From the IMG/VR virus record IMGVR_UViG_3300032227_000570, positions 1 through 64,000 of that record: 64,000 bases of DNA; one strand, given 5' to 3'. Positions 17,816 to 26,563 of this stretch are shown here, piece after piece. Under the pieces are notes generated by a model. That model had not been told where the DNA came from. It was given only the letters and a program-made list of their open reading frames with translations, and made no database searches. Numbering within the stretch: position 1 is the stretch's first letter; the number at the start of each line of letters is the position of its first letter. Both the position numbers and the translations under genes were made by a program. The DNA comes from a virus. Taxonomy: Duplodnaviria > Caudoviricetes.

Positions 17816-18682
17816 ATGGATAACAAACCAAAAGAGATAGTTAGAACAACAAGCAAGAACATAACACTTCGTTGGAAACTTGTTGAAGGTCAAAAGAAGG
17901 TACAGAACCAACACCAAGAGTTGCCTAAAGAAACTGGAGACCTTCTTAGAGGACTCTCAACACTTGCTGAACGCAGAGCCTATTGCCGATTGCTAGTTGA
18001 TAAAGGTTGGACACTACAAAGTATTGCCAACGAACTGTTTGTCACTAGAGAAATGGTAAGACTCTACACAAAGCATGAGGATAGCGACTTGTTTGAGATT
18101 GTTTCTCACCTTCCTGTACCTGATGTACCTGTTATTACAGAACAGGTTTATGTTCGTACATGGGTGGAGATTGACCCACAGGTTCTAAAGAGGTTAAAAG
18201 AACTTCAACCATTAGCACAACAGGTTCGTAGCCATAGTCCTCGCTATCGTGCAGAGGGTGAGGAATACACACGACTAATTGCTGGTGAGATAGAGCGTGG
18301 TGTTCTTAGTTGGAAAATTGCGGAAGCACTTGGTGTAACTCATGGTGCGATTAACTTCCGTATGACTCGCTATGGATACAAGCCGATTGGTACAGGTAAG
18401 ACAAAGGCTTATCAACCAATTATCGCTAGTAACAGAGCAAAGCGTTTCGTAGAGCCTAACCCAACTTCTTTAGCAAGATTGTTAGAGTTAAAAGAGTTAG
18501 GTCTAAAGAAAAACTTTACGACAAATCCTGATGTTGTACAAAGAGATGATGAGTTTAACGAACTTCTTGCTAAAGAAGTTGAGGCTGGTGTATTCAGTTA
18601 CGACTTGGCTAAAGCAGTTGGCTTATCTCAACAAACAATACAAAACCGATTAGAACGAGCAAAGAAAACAAAGGGGGCATAG
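17816..18682 (+). CDS. multi-HTH DNA-binding protein
   Basis: Three HTH-like segments: WTLQSIANELFVTREMVR, SWKIAEALGVTHGAIN, SYDLAKAVGLSQQTIQ. Confidence 0.75.
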   Translation: MDNKPKEIVRTTSKNITLRWKLVEGQKKVQNQHQELPKETGDLLRGLSTLAERRAYCRLLVDKGWTLQSIANELFVTREMVRLYTKHEDSDLFEIVSHLPVPDVPVITEQVYVRTWVEIDPQVLKRLKELQPLAQQVRSHSPRYRAEGEEYTRLIAGEIERGVLSWKIAEALGVTHGAINFRMTRYGYKPIGTGKTKAYQPIIASNRAKRFVEPNPTSLARLLELKELGLKKNFTTNPDVVQRDDEFNELLAKEVEAGVFSYDLAKAVGLSQQTIQNRLERAKKTKGA

Positions 18683-18685
18683 CAC

Positions 18686-19138
18686 ATGACAACAACACTA
18701 CAAACAACAACACAAGCAGAGATAACACACTCGGGTATTGGGTTATCTATCACCACTTACCTATCGGACTTCGACAAGATTGTTATAGATGTTCCTATTC
18801 TTAAATACTCATACCAAAACGGTGTGTGGGGCAGACATAACATGGGAACAGAGAAGTGGCGTGTAGAAGCAATCCGCTATAACTTGAGTAATTACGATAC
18901 TCAATGTTCTATAGACGGTATTGAAGGCAGAGGATTTACAAAAGCAAAGACTTTGCGAGTAAGAGATGAAGCGATTTGGGGAAAGACTTTAATTGAGTAC
19001 CCTGAAATCCTTGCTCAAATCCCTGACCACTTTCACGAACAAGCAAAAGCACAATTTTTAATTGGTGCTAATGAACTACTTGCTAAAGCAACTTCCGTTC
19101 TTAACAACGGACTATCAACTATCCCATTGAAAGGTTAG
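18686..19138 (+). CDS. hypothetical protein
   Basis: ORF track; RBS. Confidence 0.7.
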   Translation: MTTTLQTTTQAEITHSGIGLSITTYLSDFDKIVIDVPILKYSYQNGVWGRHNMGTEKWRVEAIRYNLSNYDTQCSIDGIEGRGFTKAKTLRVRDEAIWGKTLIEYPEILAQIPDHFHEQAKAQFLIGANELLAKATSVLNNGLSTIPLKG

Positions 19139-19142
19139 GTAA

Positions 19143-19775
19143 ATGCCAAATCATTGTATAAGCCAACTTACCATCACAGGTGAGCCAAAGAAGTTACACA
19201 AACTTCTAAAGCAAGTTGAGATTACAAAGAGTGAAGCAACTGATGTGCATAGTGCAACACCGTTCTCATGTCAGAAAGTTATTCCTCGACCTGCTCAACT
19301 TGATTACGATTGGTACAACTGGAACACAACTAACTGGGGAAGCAAATGGGATTTATGCGACTTCGAGTGGGTAACTAATGATTGGGAGGAAGGGTTTGTT
19401 CATGCACAGTTTTGGACGGCATGGAGTCCTATTCCTGATGTTCTACAGAAGTTATCTAAACAACATAAGTCTTTAGAAATGACTTATCGCTTCCATGATG
19501 AAGGTGCTGGGTTCTATGGAACTTACTCTTTCAAGGGTGGAGAACTCTCCGTTGATGAGGAAGGAGATGATTTCACTTGTGATGTAAGGACTCGATACTG
19601 GGGGGATACGGAACACCATTGTTGTAACGAGTGTTCTAACTACTTCGAGTGTCCTGATACAAACTACACAGGTTTCTTTGAAGAAGTTTGTGATGATTGC
19701 AAGACTTCTTTAGACGAACAAGAACAAGAACTATGGGAGGAGAAAGAACTTGAAACCACTATCACCGCAAGTTAG
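19143..19775 (+). CDS. YubB/DUF1281 ferredoxin-like protein with C-terminal Cys cluster
   Basis: MPNHC..L.ITG, WYNWNTTNWGSKWD, FWTAWSP. Confidence 0.8.
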   Translation: MPNHCISQLTITGEPKKLHKLLKQVEITKSEATDVHSATPFSCQKVIPRPAQLDYDWYNWNTTNWGSKWDLCDFEWVTNDWEEGFVHAQFWTAWSPIPDVLQKLSKQHKSLEMTYRFHDEGAGFYGTYSFKGGELSVDEEGDDFTCDVRTRYWGDTEHHCCNECSNYFECPDTNYTGFFEEVCDDCKTSLDEQEQELWEEKELETTITAS

Positions 19776-20055
19776 AGGAGAACTGTATGTGCCAAAGCAA
19801 TTTATCCAACTTCGTAAAGCAAACAAAGACAAAGGTGGGGGCAACTACCACTCAACGGACGGTCGTTTCTACATTATCAGGAACGAGGACAAGTTATGGG
19901 TATGGGGTTACAACGGTTACAACGACAGTAACGGTAACTTCGTATCCGCAACCAATGGAGACGACCAGCAATACGCAACAAAGTCATACTGTGTTGAAGT
20001 AATAGAGCGATTGCTTCGTGAGGAAAAGTACGAAGCCTTGCTATGGGAAAACTAA
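19750..20055 (+). CDS. hypothetical protein ending ALLWEN
   Basis: TTG start after gggagg. Confidence 0.65.
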   Translation: MKPLSPQVRGELYVPKQFIQLRKANKDKGGGNYHSTDGRFYIIRNEDKLWVWGYNGYNDSNGNFVSATNGDDQQYATKSYCVEVIERLLREEKYEALLWEN

Positions 20056-20068
20056 TCGGGATAGAAAA
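20056..20068 (+). promoter_or_regulatory. TCGGGATAGAAAA motif
   Basis: Exact copy between genes. Confidence 0.6.
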
Positions 20069-20087
20069 TCTAACAAAGGAGATAAAA

Positions 20088-20252
20088 ATGGCTAAGTGCT
20101 TAAAATGCGGTAACACCGACTCTGTAATCTATTCAGGCGTTGATGCTTTTTGCTTGGGAGTTACTCTACAAGTAGAAAAAATCTGCTACACCTGTGCAAG
20201 TCGAAACGAAAATAAAGATGTTGTTGAAGTTGGCGGCGACAATGGACTATGA
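20088..20252 (+). CDS. Zn-ribbon protein
   Basis: MAKCLKCG...ICYTC; aaggag RBS before ATG 20088. Confidence 0.65.
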   Translation: MAKCLKCGNTDSVIYSGVDAFCLGVTLQVEKICYTCASRNENKDVVEVGGDNGL

Positions 20253-20369
20253 AACCGTCATACCAATCGTAAGCACACCTTCTAAAGAAGGTACGGCTAA
20301 GGATTTGCATAAAGGAATAAAAGAGACTAACTTGGAGTTAGAACTAACCGAAGGTGAGGGAAAGTAATT

Positions 20370-20570
20370 ATGGCAATTAAACATTACCTAGTGGAGTTGG
20401 TTACGGAAGTACCAATCACTATCAACGATAGCGACCTAATTGACAATTCTGTCTATAGAACTGTCTTTCAGGCTACGCAGAAGTACATAGACGAATACAT
20501 AGATACTGATGAGCAGTTTTCTATGAAAATCGTTGCTGACGCTAGTGATAGCGAATTAGAAAATGCCTAA
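20370..20570 (+). CDS. hypothetical protein
   Basis: ORF track. Confidence 0.65.
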   Translation: MAIKHYLVELVTEVPITINDSDLIDNSVYRTVFQATQKYIDEYIDTDEQFSMKIVADASDSELENA

Positions 20571-21078
20571 GTTAAAAGACATAGCGGTCATAGTCCGCAA
20601 ACAAGAGAAAGAACAGGTTATGTCAAACCAAATCACCACACCACAGGTTCAAGTTAAAGAACCTGTCACACCGTCACAACCAAATCACACAGACTTCAAC
20701 AAGAAGGGCTACACCCTTGTTGCTAAAGAAAGAGTGATGAACCCTTCGGGCAGTTACTTCAAGAGCCTGAGTCGTGTTCTGTTAGAGCATGAAACAGACA
20801 AGACTTCACTCGAACTGTATGGGTGCGACTATTGCCTAAGCCTGTCCTCAACATTGACAGGAATACGCATACACATTGGTCATGTCCATAACCGACAGAA
20901 AATGGGTAGCAAGACAGTTTCTAAAGAACTAAAGAAGCAAGCCCATGAGCAAGTCGTTACCAACAACCCTGTTGAGGCAATTCAAGGACTCATAGCAGAG
21001 TTGGAATACTGGAAAGACCTAGCCCAATCTCACGAAAAGCGATTGGCACAAATCCGTACGGCACTAACAACAAAGTAA
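20563..21078 (+). CDS. C2H2-type Zn-finger protein with coiled coil
   Basis: YGCDYC...IRIHIGHVH. Confidence 0.65.
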   Translation: MPKLKDIAVIVRKQEKEQVMSNQITTPQVQVKEPVTPSQPNHTDFNKKGYTLVAKERVMNPSGSYFKSLSRVLLEHETDKTSLELYGCDYCLSLSSTLTGIRIHIGHVHNRQKMGSKTVSKELKKQAHEQVVTNNPVEAIQGLIAELEYWKDLAQSHEKRLAQIRTALTTK

Positions 21079-21085
21079 TCAAGTG

Positions 21086-21116
21086 AGGTGGGGGCAGATT
21101 GGTGTTGCCCCCACCT
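21086..21116 (+). terminator. 11-bp GC-rich stem-loop
   Basis: aggtgggggca/tgcccccacct. Confidence 0.5.
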
Positions 21117-21138
21117 ACTTCTACCAAAGGAGAACTAA

Positions 21139-21390
21139 ATGAACCCATACAAGGAAACAGAAATCGCAAAAGACCTCATTGACATAGCCGAGACACTAAG
21201 ACAAACGGCACAGACCTTTAGTGACTTGATTGACCACAAGGGCTATCAACCTGAAAGCACAGAGAACGCAGTTGTGTTCATGGCTGGTATCAAGTTGTCG
21301 GCGGACGCATTGACCAACCTTCTAAAAGCACAGAGCAATACCCTCCAATTCATGAACACCGTTCTACCTCACTACAAGGAGTTGATGTAA
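21139..21390 (+). CDS. hypothetical protein
   Basis: aaggag RBS. Confidence 0.7.
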   Translation: MNPYKETEIAKDLIDIAETLRQTAQTFSDLIDHKGYQPESTENAVVFMAGIKLSADALTNLLKAQSNTLQFMNTVLPHYKELM

Positions 21391-21591
21391 GTGGAAGGCT
21401 GGCTAACTACTAAAGAAGTTTCTGAAAGGTCAGGTCTAAAGAAGGACACGCTAAAGACTTATCTACATGAGAAGCAAATGCCTCAACCCGACCATTATTT
21501 TTCTCGAACACCTGTTTGGAAAGAGGAGACTATCGAGAACTGGATTAACACACGCAGAAAGATAAAGCCCATACCTTCTAAAGAAGAATAA
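21391..21591 (+). CDS. excisionase/AlpA-like HTH protein
   Basis: WLTTKEVSERSGLKKDTLKTY...MPQPD..FSRTPVWKEETIENW. Confidence 0.8.
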   Translation: MEGWLTTKEVSERSGLKKDTLKTYLHEKQMPQPDHYFSRTPVWKEETIENWINTRRKIKPIPSKEE

Positions 21592-21597
21592 CAAGAG

Positions 21598-21631
21598 AGC
21601 CACCCAACGATTTCCGTTGGGTGGTTTTTTT
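21598..21631 (+). terminator. intrinsic terminator
   Basis: agccacccaacg/cgttgggtggtt + T-run. Confidence 0.8.
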
Positions 21632-21692
21632 GTGTCATTTTGCTACTGGTGAGTAACTTGATAAAGTAGGGAACGAGAGAAGGAGGAAGCCA

Positions 21693-22985
21693 ATGGCGTA
21701 TGTCGTAACCCGAAACAAACGGCACACAGGCTATTACCGCAGAGGCGGTAAGGTCGTGAGTGCTGGAACTTACCCCACAAGGTCTAAAGCCTTGAACTCT
21801 GCTCTCATGGCAGAGGAAGGGGTTGTATCCGATAACCCTGAACTAATGACCACACTTGAAGCCTATGTAAAAGAGTGGCTGACCACCCGAACAGATGTTC
21901 GGGTCATAACAAGGAAAACTTACGCAACCGCCTTAAAGAAGTATGTCTTACCTTCTTTGGGAACTAAGCGGGTCACAAGCATTACTCGGAGAGATGTAAG
22001 ACAACTCTTTGAGAAGTTGCTTAATGAAGGCGTAAGCCCTGCCACCGTATCCCATGTCAAAGTTGCTTTGGGTTCTGCCTTCCGCCAACTGGTTGAAGAA
22101 GATGTCATAGCAGTCAATCCCACGCATGGGGTAAAGGTCAAGACTTCTAAAGCAGACCCAAAGCCTTCTTTAGAGCCTAATGACTTCAAGAAAATCGTGT
22201 CCCATCTGGAAACAGAAGGGGCAAGACTATTCGCTCAATTCCTAGTGACGAGTGGCTGCCGATTTGGAGAAGCCACAGAACTAAGGGTTAAAGACTTTAA
22301 CTTTCGTTCTAAAGAAGTTTATGTCAGACGAACCGTTAGTGATGTGGGTAAAGCCTTGAACAATGGTGAGCGTTTCTTAGTTGTATCTGCAACAAAGAAC
22401 GGACACAAGCGAACAGTTGTTATTAACGAAAGCCTTAATAACACCATAAAAGCGTATGTTCGGGATAGAAAATTGCTCGCTGATGACCTCTTGTTTGCCA
22501 AACAAAGGGTTGAGGCGTGTAAAATAAAGCCAGCAGGGAGTCTCAAAGAAAGGACTACAAAGCCCTACACCGTTGGAAGTAGAACATTCCAACACGCAAC
22601 TCCGTACTCGTACAATGTCGGTGGGTGTAGGTGTGACCTGTGTAAGCAAGCGGTCAGTAAGTACCGAAAACAATACAGAAAGGACAAACCGAAAGGCAGA
22701 GAAAGCCTTAGTCAAAGCCAAAGCCTTGACCAAAGCCATCTCAGTCGTGACAAGTGGAGAGCCATTTGGAACGAAGCCATAGAAAAGTCAGGTATTGGTT
22801 GGTATCCAAGAACGCATGACCTAAGACATGCCAACGCTACTCAACTCCTAAAGAGTGGGGTAGATGTGCATGAGGTCAAAGAGCGTTTGGGTCATCAGTC
22901 AATCACAACGACAGAGCGGTATCTACACCGTATCCGTCACCAGCAGTCAAAGGCAGCCGAGGTTGTCGGAGACTATTTGGAGTAG
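21693..22985 (+). CDS. tyrosine recombinase/integrase with inserted Cys/His module
   Basis: Catalytic R (GCRFGE), K (ATKNG), HDLRH, LGH, Y (TERY); SAM-like N-domain. Confidence 0.9.
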   Translation: MAYVVTRNKRHTGYYRRGGKVVSAGTYPTRSKALNSALMAEEGVVSDNPELMTTLEAYVKEWLTTRTDVRVITRKTYATALKKYVLPSLGTKRVTSITRRDVRQLFEKLLNEGVSPATVSHVKVALGSAFRQLVEEDVIAVNPTHGVKVKTSKADPKPSLEPNDFKKIVSHLETEGARLFAQFLVTSGCRFGEATELRVKDFNFRSKEVYVRRTVSDVGKALNNGERFLVVSATKNGHKRTVVINESLNNTIKAYVRDRKLLADDLLFAKQRVEACKIKPAGSLKERTTKPYTVGSRTFQHATPYSYNVGGCRCDLCKQAVSKYRKQYRKDKPKGRESLSQSQSLDQSHLSRDKWRAIWNEAIEKSGIGWYPRTHDLRHANATQLLKSGVDVHEVKERLGHQSITTTERYLHRIRHQQSKAAEVVGDYLE

Positions 22986-23265
22986 TGATAACTATGAAAC
23001 TAACAAAACGTGGAAAAAAGGTAGTGGTGATAGCCACTATCGCAGTAGCAAGTTCTTTGTTCGGTAGCGGTTTTGCGATTGCCCGAGCATTAGAGCAAAA
23101 TCAGGCGATGGTTGTACAGCCAGTCCAACTATCCCAATCAACAGTCGAGAAAGCCTTAAGAATAAGTCCTACAAAGAAGTTAGAGTTGTTGAGACAAAAG
23201 CCTCAACTAACAAGACTTGAATTGAAAGCCTTACTTAAGGAAGTTGGGTTTGAGGGTAAAGCCTT
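21786..23265 (+). repeat. cluster of nine co-oriented AAAGCCTT octamers
   Basis: Copies at 21786, 22160, 22350, 22429, 22702, 22720, 23150, 23225, 23258. Confidence 0.75.
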
Positions 23266-23557
23266 AAGCCAAGCGTGGGCTATTGCTATGCGTGAGAGTC
23301 GTGGTCGTTCTATTGCCTTCAACGGCAATGAAAAGACAGGCGATAACTCTTATGGACTCTTTCAGATAAACATGATTGGGAAAATGGGAGATGTACGCAG
23401 AGATAAGTTCAGCATGGTGTCTAATGCAATGCTTCTAGACCCTGTGACAAATGCCCAAATCGCTTATTACATGAGCGATGGTGGTAAAGATTGGTCTGCA
23501 TGGAAGGGTATGACCCCTCGTGCTAAAGAATGGCTAAAATCTTTTCCTAAAAACTAA
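22985..23557 (+). CDS. secreted lytic transglycosylase (lysozyme-like fold)
   Basis: Signal anchor; AIAMRESRG, SYGLFQIN, LLDPVTNA..AY..S.GGKDWSAW. Confidence 0.85.
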   Translation: MITMKLTKRGKKVVVIATIAVASSLFGSGFAIARALEQNQAMVVQPVQLSQSTVEKALRISPTKKLELLRQKPQLTRLELKALLKEVGFEGKALSQAWAIAMRESRGRSIAFNGNEKTGDNSYGLFQINMIGKMGDVRRDKFSMVSNAMLLDPVTNAQIAYYMSDGGKDWSAWKGMTPRAKEWLKSFPKN

Positions 23558-23562
23558 ATAGA

Positions 23563-23600
23563 CAGAAGCCCTCCTACATTGGTGGTAGGAGGGCTTTCTG
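23563..23600 (+). terminator. stem-loop terminator
   Basis: aagccctcctac/gtaggagggctt. Confidence 0.65.
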
Positions 23601-23631
23601 CTAGACTAAAAGCCTCACCGAAAGGAAACAA

Positions 23632-23775
23632 ATGGGAAAGCACCACGACAAGATTGCCAAGTCATTAGAAATCCGTATTGCCAACATGCCAAAAGGCGAA
23701 GGTTATAAAAAGCCTGGAAGCATGAATAAGAAAAAGACTGGATACAACGGCGTTAAGGCAAATAACGCTAAATAA
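23632..23775 (+). CDS. small basic protein (47 aa)
   Basis: MGKHHDKIAKSLEIRIANMPKGEGYKKPGSMNKKK...; gaaagga RBS; manual call. Confidence 0.65.
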   Translation: MGKHHDKIAKSLEIRIANMPKGEGYKKPGSMNKKKTGYNGVKANNAK

Positions 23776-23787
23776 GTTTCTAAAGAA

Positions 23788-23825
23788 GAAGCCCCGATAG
23801 CCTGTGCTATTGGGGCTTTTTCTTT
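23788..23825 (+). terminator. intrinsic terminator
   Basis: aagccccgatagc/gctattggggctt + T-run. Confidence 0.75.
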
Positions 23826-23836
23826 ATCATTTTCAC

Positions 23837-24241
23837 ATGTCAAAGATTGCTCACATGTTCAACCACCCAACACCTCACACTATTAGTGCTCATGCTTCAG
23901 GTCGTTCTTGGGATAGAAGCGTTGATTGGGATACTGCAAAACATGCGGCAAATCATGGAACAAGCGTTCCTCATAAGTCTGACGAAGGTAAGTTGGTTAC
24001 AGAAGGTCGTGACCCAAAGCAAAAAGACCACACAATTAGAATCGTTACTGACAATCCACCAAAGACTGTAATCACAGTAATTAGAGATACATCAAGACCG
24101 TTCAATCCAAATCTTTCTGCTGAACAGGCTGCTGCAGCACATAAAGAAGTTGCTAGAGCACAAACCTCAGCACAGCGTCAAAAGATGCAAAAGCAAAAGA
24201 AGCAACTTCGTTCTGCTCAAGCAAATAACAAGAACGCTTAA
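23837..24241 (+). CDS. DUF4258/RelE-like fold protein with basic helical tail
   Basis: ISAHASGRSWDRSV...IRIVTD...VITVI; leaderless TATCAT-N6-ATG at 23837. Confidence 0.6.
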   Translation: MSKIAHMFNHPTPHTISAHASGRSWDRSVDWDTAKHAANHGTSVPHKSDEGKLVTEGRDPKQKDHTIRIVTDNPPKTVITVIRDTSRPFNPNLSAEQAAAAHKEVARAQTSAQRQKMQKQKKQLRSAQANNKNA

Positions 24242-24405
24242 CTGCCTCCCCAGCCTCCACCCTTAAACTGGATTGCTGGTGGAGTGAAAGACTTGTTCAT
24301 AAAGTTCCCGCACTTTGAGCAGACTGGTCGTTCTGTTGAATCAAAAGTTAAATGGATTTCAACAGTACTGTCACAAGCCATACAAACAAAATCGTATTTA
24401 GGCAT
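24238..24405 (-). CDS. FmdB-family Zn-ribbon protein (55 aa)
   Basis: MPKYDFVCMAC...CSKCG..M.KSF.PPAIQFKGGGW; coupled to nrdJ; manual call. Confidence 0.85.
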   Translation of the reverse strand: MPKYDFVCMACDSTVEIHLTFDSTERPVCSKCGNFMNKSFTPPAIQFKGGGWGGS

Positions 24406-26447
24406 TATTGGTTGTCCTTTATCAGTTTAACTTCGCAAGCGTCTGTAGTGCAGTAAGCCTCTCCGATAGCGTCAGAAGCCATACCTGCATACACACCTGA
24501 AAAGTCTATAGGCATAAGTGTCATGCGACCTTCTTCGTACTCTTCCTCGGTAATCTGTGTGTAAGGCATTTGAGGATAGACGGTGTTACCCATAGGCAAG
24601 AACGAGATTGTCTTTAGTTGTCCATCGTGCATGTGAAGGATTGAAGCAATAGCGTCTGCTTCCTTCTCAGGGTCAAAGGTCACAGTTACAGATACAGAGT
24701 TATCTGACCAGTAGCGTTGAGTTACAACTGCTAAAGAAACCTTCTCATAAACGGAGACTTCCTTTTCCGCTCTCTTTGCGTTTGTCTCGATAGGAAAGAA
24801 CACCACAGAGGTTGTGTCAGGAGACTCTGAAGCAGGTTCAACTCTGTAGTTGCCCATCTTGAAAAGAGGAAGCATTGGGTCAGAGTTAGCAAAGCGAATT
24901 GCTCGGTTAAAGAACTTTCCACCTGAAGCCCAATGAACTCCAGGACTCTCACCAGCAAGGATTGAGACTGTGCCTGAAGGCTTAACAGTTGTCATCTTGA
25001 TTGACTGACGAATACCAAGCCACTCGGAGTAAGACTCATCGTAAGCCTTGACGGTTGTGTAACCAGCATCAAGCCAATCACGAAGCACAGTCCAGCCATT
25101 GTTGTCAGCAAAGTTAGCAATACCAGAGATTGAAGTTCCAATACGGCGATTGCGTTGCATGATTGCGTTGGTCTCTTCCCAGTGAGTTGGAAGAAGAGTT
25201 ACAGTCTTGGCATAGAGGTAAGCAAACTTCAAAGTTCTTTTGAAGTCTTCTAAAGAATCATGGCGATTGAGATAGGTCTCAACCAAAGTACAGCACTCAA
25301 AAGACTCAAGGCTTTGTTCTGCACAAGGGTTGTACCCTGATACACGCCAGTCTTTGTTGTTAGGTGGGTCAATGAGACGACCATACTTGCGTGATACATC
25401 CATCCACACAACCCCAGGCTCACCGTTACGGACAATGCCGTCAATAATCTTTGAGAAGTCTGAACCGACCTTAGCCTCTACAGAGTTGTTAGACATCCAT
25501 GCCCAGCCTGGGTTGTTAGGGTCATAAGAGTTACGTTCAGGATAAACCTCGGCGTTCTTTAGATTGAGGAAGTCCTCATCGTCAATGCGACCGATAAGAA
25601 GTTCTGCTGAACGGCGAACATTGCCTGATACAACGCAGACACCAATCATGTTGCCAATGTCAGCAAGGTCTTTGCGTGTAACTTTCTGTCCCGAACGACC
25701 AGCAAACAACTTCTCAATGTGGTCGTGTAACTTCTTTAGAGGCTCATGCCCTGCTGCCGTACCACCAAAGATTTTGATAGGAGAGCCAGCAGGTCGAACC
25801 AAAGAGTAGTCAAAGGTGTAAAGAGGTTGGTCAGGCTTTAAGAAGGAGTTAATCTGTAGAACCACAGACTCGACCCAGCCTTCACGAGTATCAGGCACTT
25901 GATAGACCTCGGTTAGTTCTACTCGTGGCTCATAGATAGCGAACTCTTTGTCCGCACCCTTATCGTCAAACCCAACTCCAACGCCTAGCATTGAGGCTTC
26001 CATGAGGAAGGCAAATGGCTTGGCAGGGTTGTTCTTGGTCATCTCCATTGTGGAGACAAATGCACAGTTCTGTAGTGCTGCGGAGTTACGCTGTTCATTG
26101 ACTAGGGGAGTTCCCATAACCCAGAGACCTCTCCCTGGCGGAGTCCATTTCAATTCAAAAAGACGGTCGAAGGCTTCTTTAGCAGAAGCCTGAGCCTTAG
26201 CATCATTCCATGGAAGACGCTGAGATTTAGCATGGTCTTTCTGAAGGGAGTACATGCCGTTGATGACACGCTCACACACATCTACCCAAGTCTCTTTAGT
26301 CCCATCTTCCTTTAAGCGGGAGTAGGTTCTTAAGAAGGTAATCTCTCCAACCGAGTTACCTGCAGCATCCCGATAGCCAAATGGGGCTTTCTTAGAGCGG
26401 TATCCTGCTACGAAATCTTCGGTCAAACGGAAAGAGAAAAGAGACAT
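24405..26447 (-). CDS. nrdJ: class II adenosylcobalamin-dependent ribonucleotide reductase (monomeric type)
   Basis: RTYSR, PPGRGLW, LQNCAF, GNVRRSA, NPCAEQ, TTVKPSGT, C-terminal CTTDAC. Confidence 0.92.
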   Translation of the reverse strand: MSLFSFRLTEDFVAGYRSKKAPFGYRDAAGNSVGEITFLRTYSRLKEDGTKETWVDVCERVINGMYSLQKDHAKSQRLPWNDAKAQASAKEAFDRLFELKWTPPGRGLWVMGTPLVNEQRNSAALQNCAFVSTMEMTKNNPAKPFAFLMEASMLGVGVGFDDKGADKEFAIYEPRVELTEVYQVPDTREGWVESVVLQINSFLKPDQPLYTFDYSLVRPAGSPIKIFGGTAAGHEPLKKLHDHIEKLFAGRSGQKVTRKDLADIGNMIGVCVVSGNVRRSAELLIGRIDDEDFLNLKNAEVYPERNSYDPNNPGWAWMSNNSVEAKVGSDFSKIIDGIVRNGEPGVVWMDVSRKYGRLIDPPNNKDWRVSGYNPCAEQSLESFECCTLVETYLNRHDSLEDFKRTLKFAYLYAKTVTLLPTHWEETNAIMQRNRRIGTSISGIANFADNNGWTVLRDWLDAGYTTVKAYDESYSEWLGIRQSIKMTTVKPSGTVSILAGESPGVHWASGGKFFNRAIRFANSDPMLPLFKMGNYRVEPASESPDTTSVVFFPIETNAKRAEKEVSVYEKVSLAVVTQRYWSDNSVSVTVTFDPEKEADAIASILHMHDGQLKTISFLPMGNTVYPQMPYTQITEEEYEEGRMTLMPIDFSGVYAGMASDAIGEAYCTTDACEVKLIKDNQ

Positions 26448-26509
26448 TTATAAAGCCTTTCGGGTTATGGGGGAAGTGCTAAGTAAAGCGTAAAAGGTGT
26501 TGCAATGCT

Positions 26510-26561
26510 TCTGACAATAGTGCCTACCTTGTTCCAAGCACAAGGTGGCACTGTTATCAGA
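26510..26561. promoter_or_regulatory. 22-bp imperfect hairpin upstream of nrdJ
   Basis: tctgacaatagtgcctaccttgt/acaaggtggcactgttatcaga. Confidence 0.5.
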
Positions 26562-26563
26562 TA

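Noticed and set aside
21642-21657. gctact-ggtg-agtaac imperfect palindrome as attP core
   Set aside because: Only 5 of 6 bp pair, it overlaps a plausible -10 box, and no partner site is visible.
26448-26563. Cobalamin riboswitch or NrdR box before nrdJ
   Set aside because: The region is too short and lacks B12-box or NrdR consensus elements.
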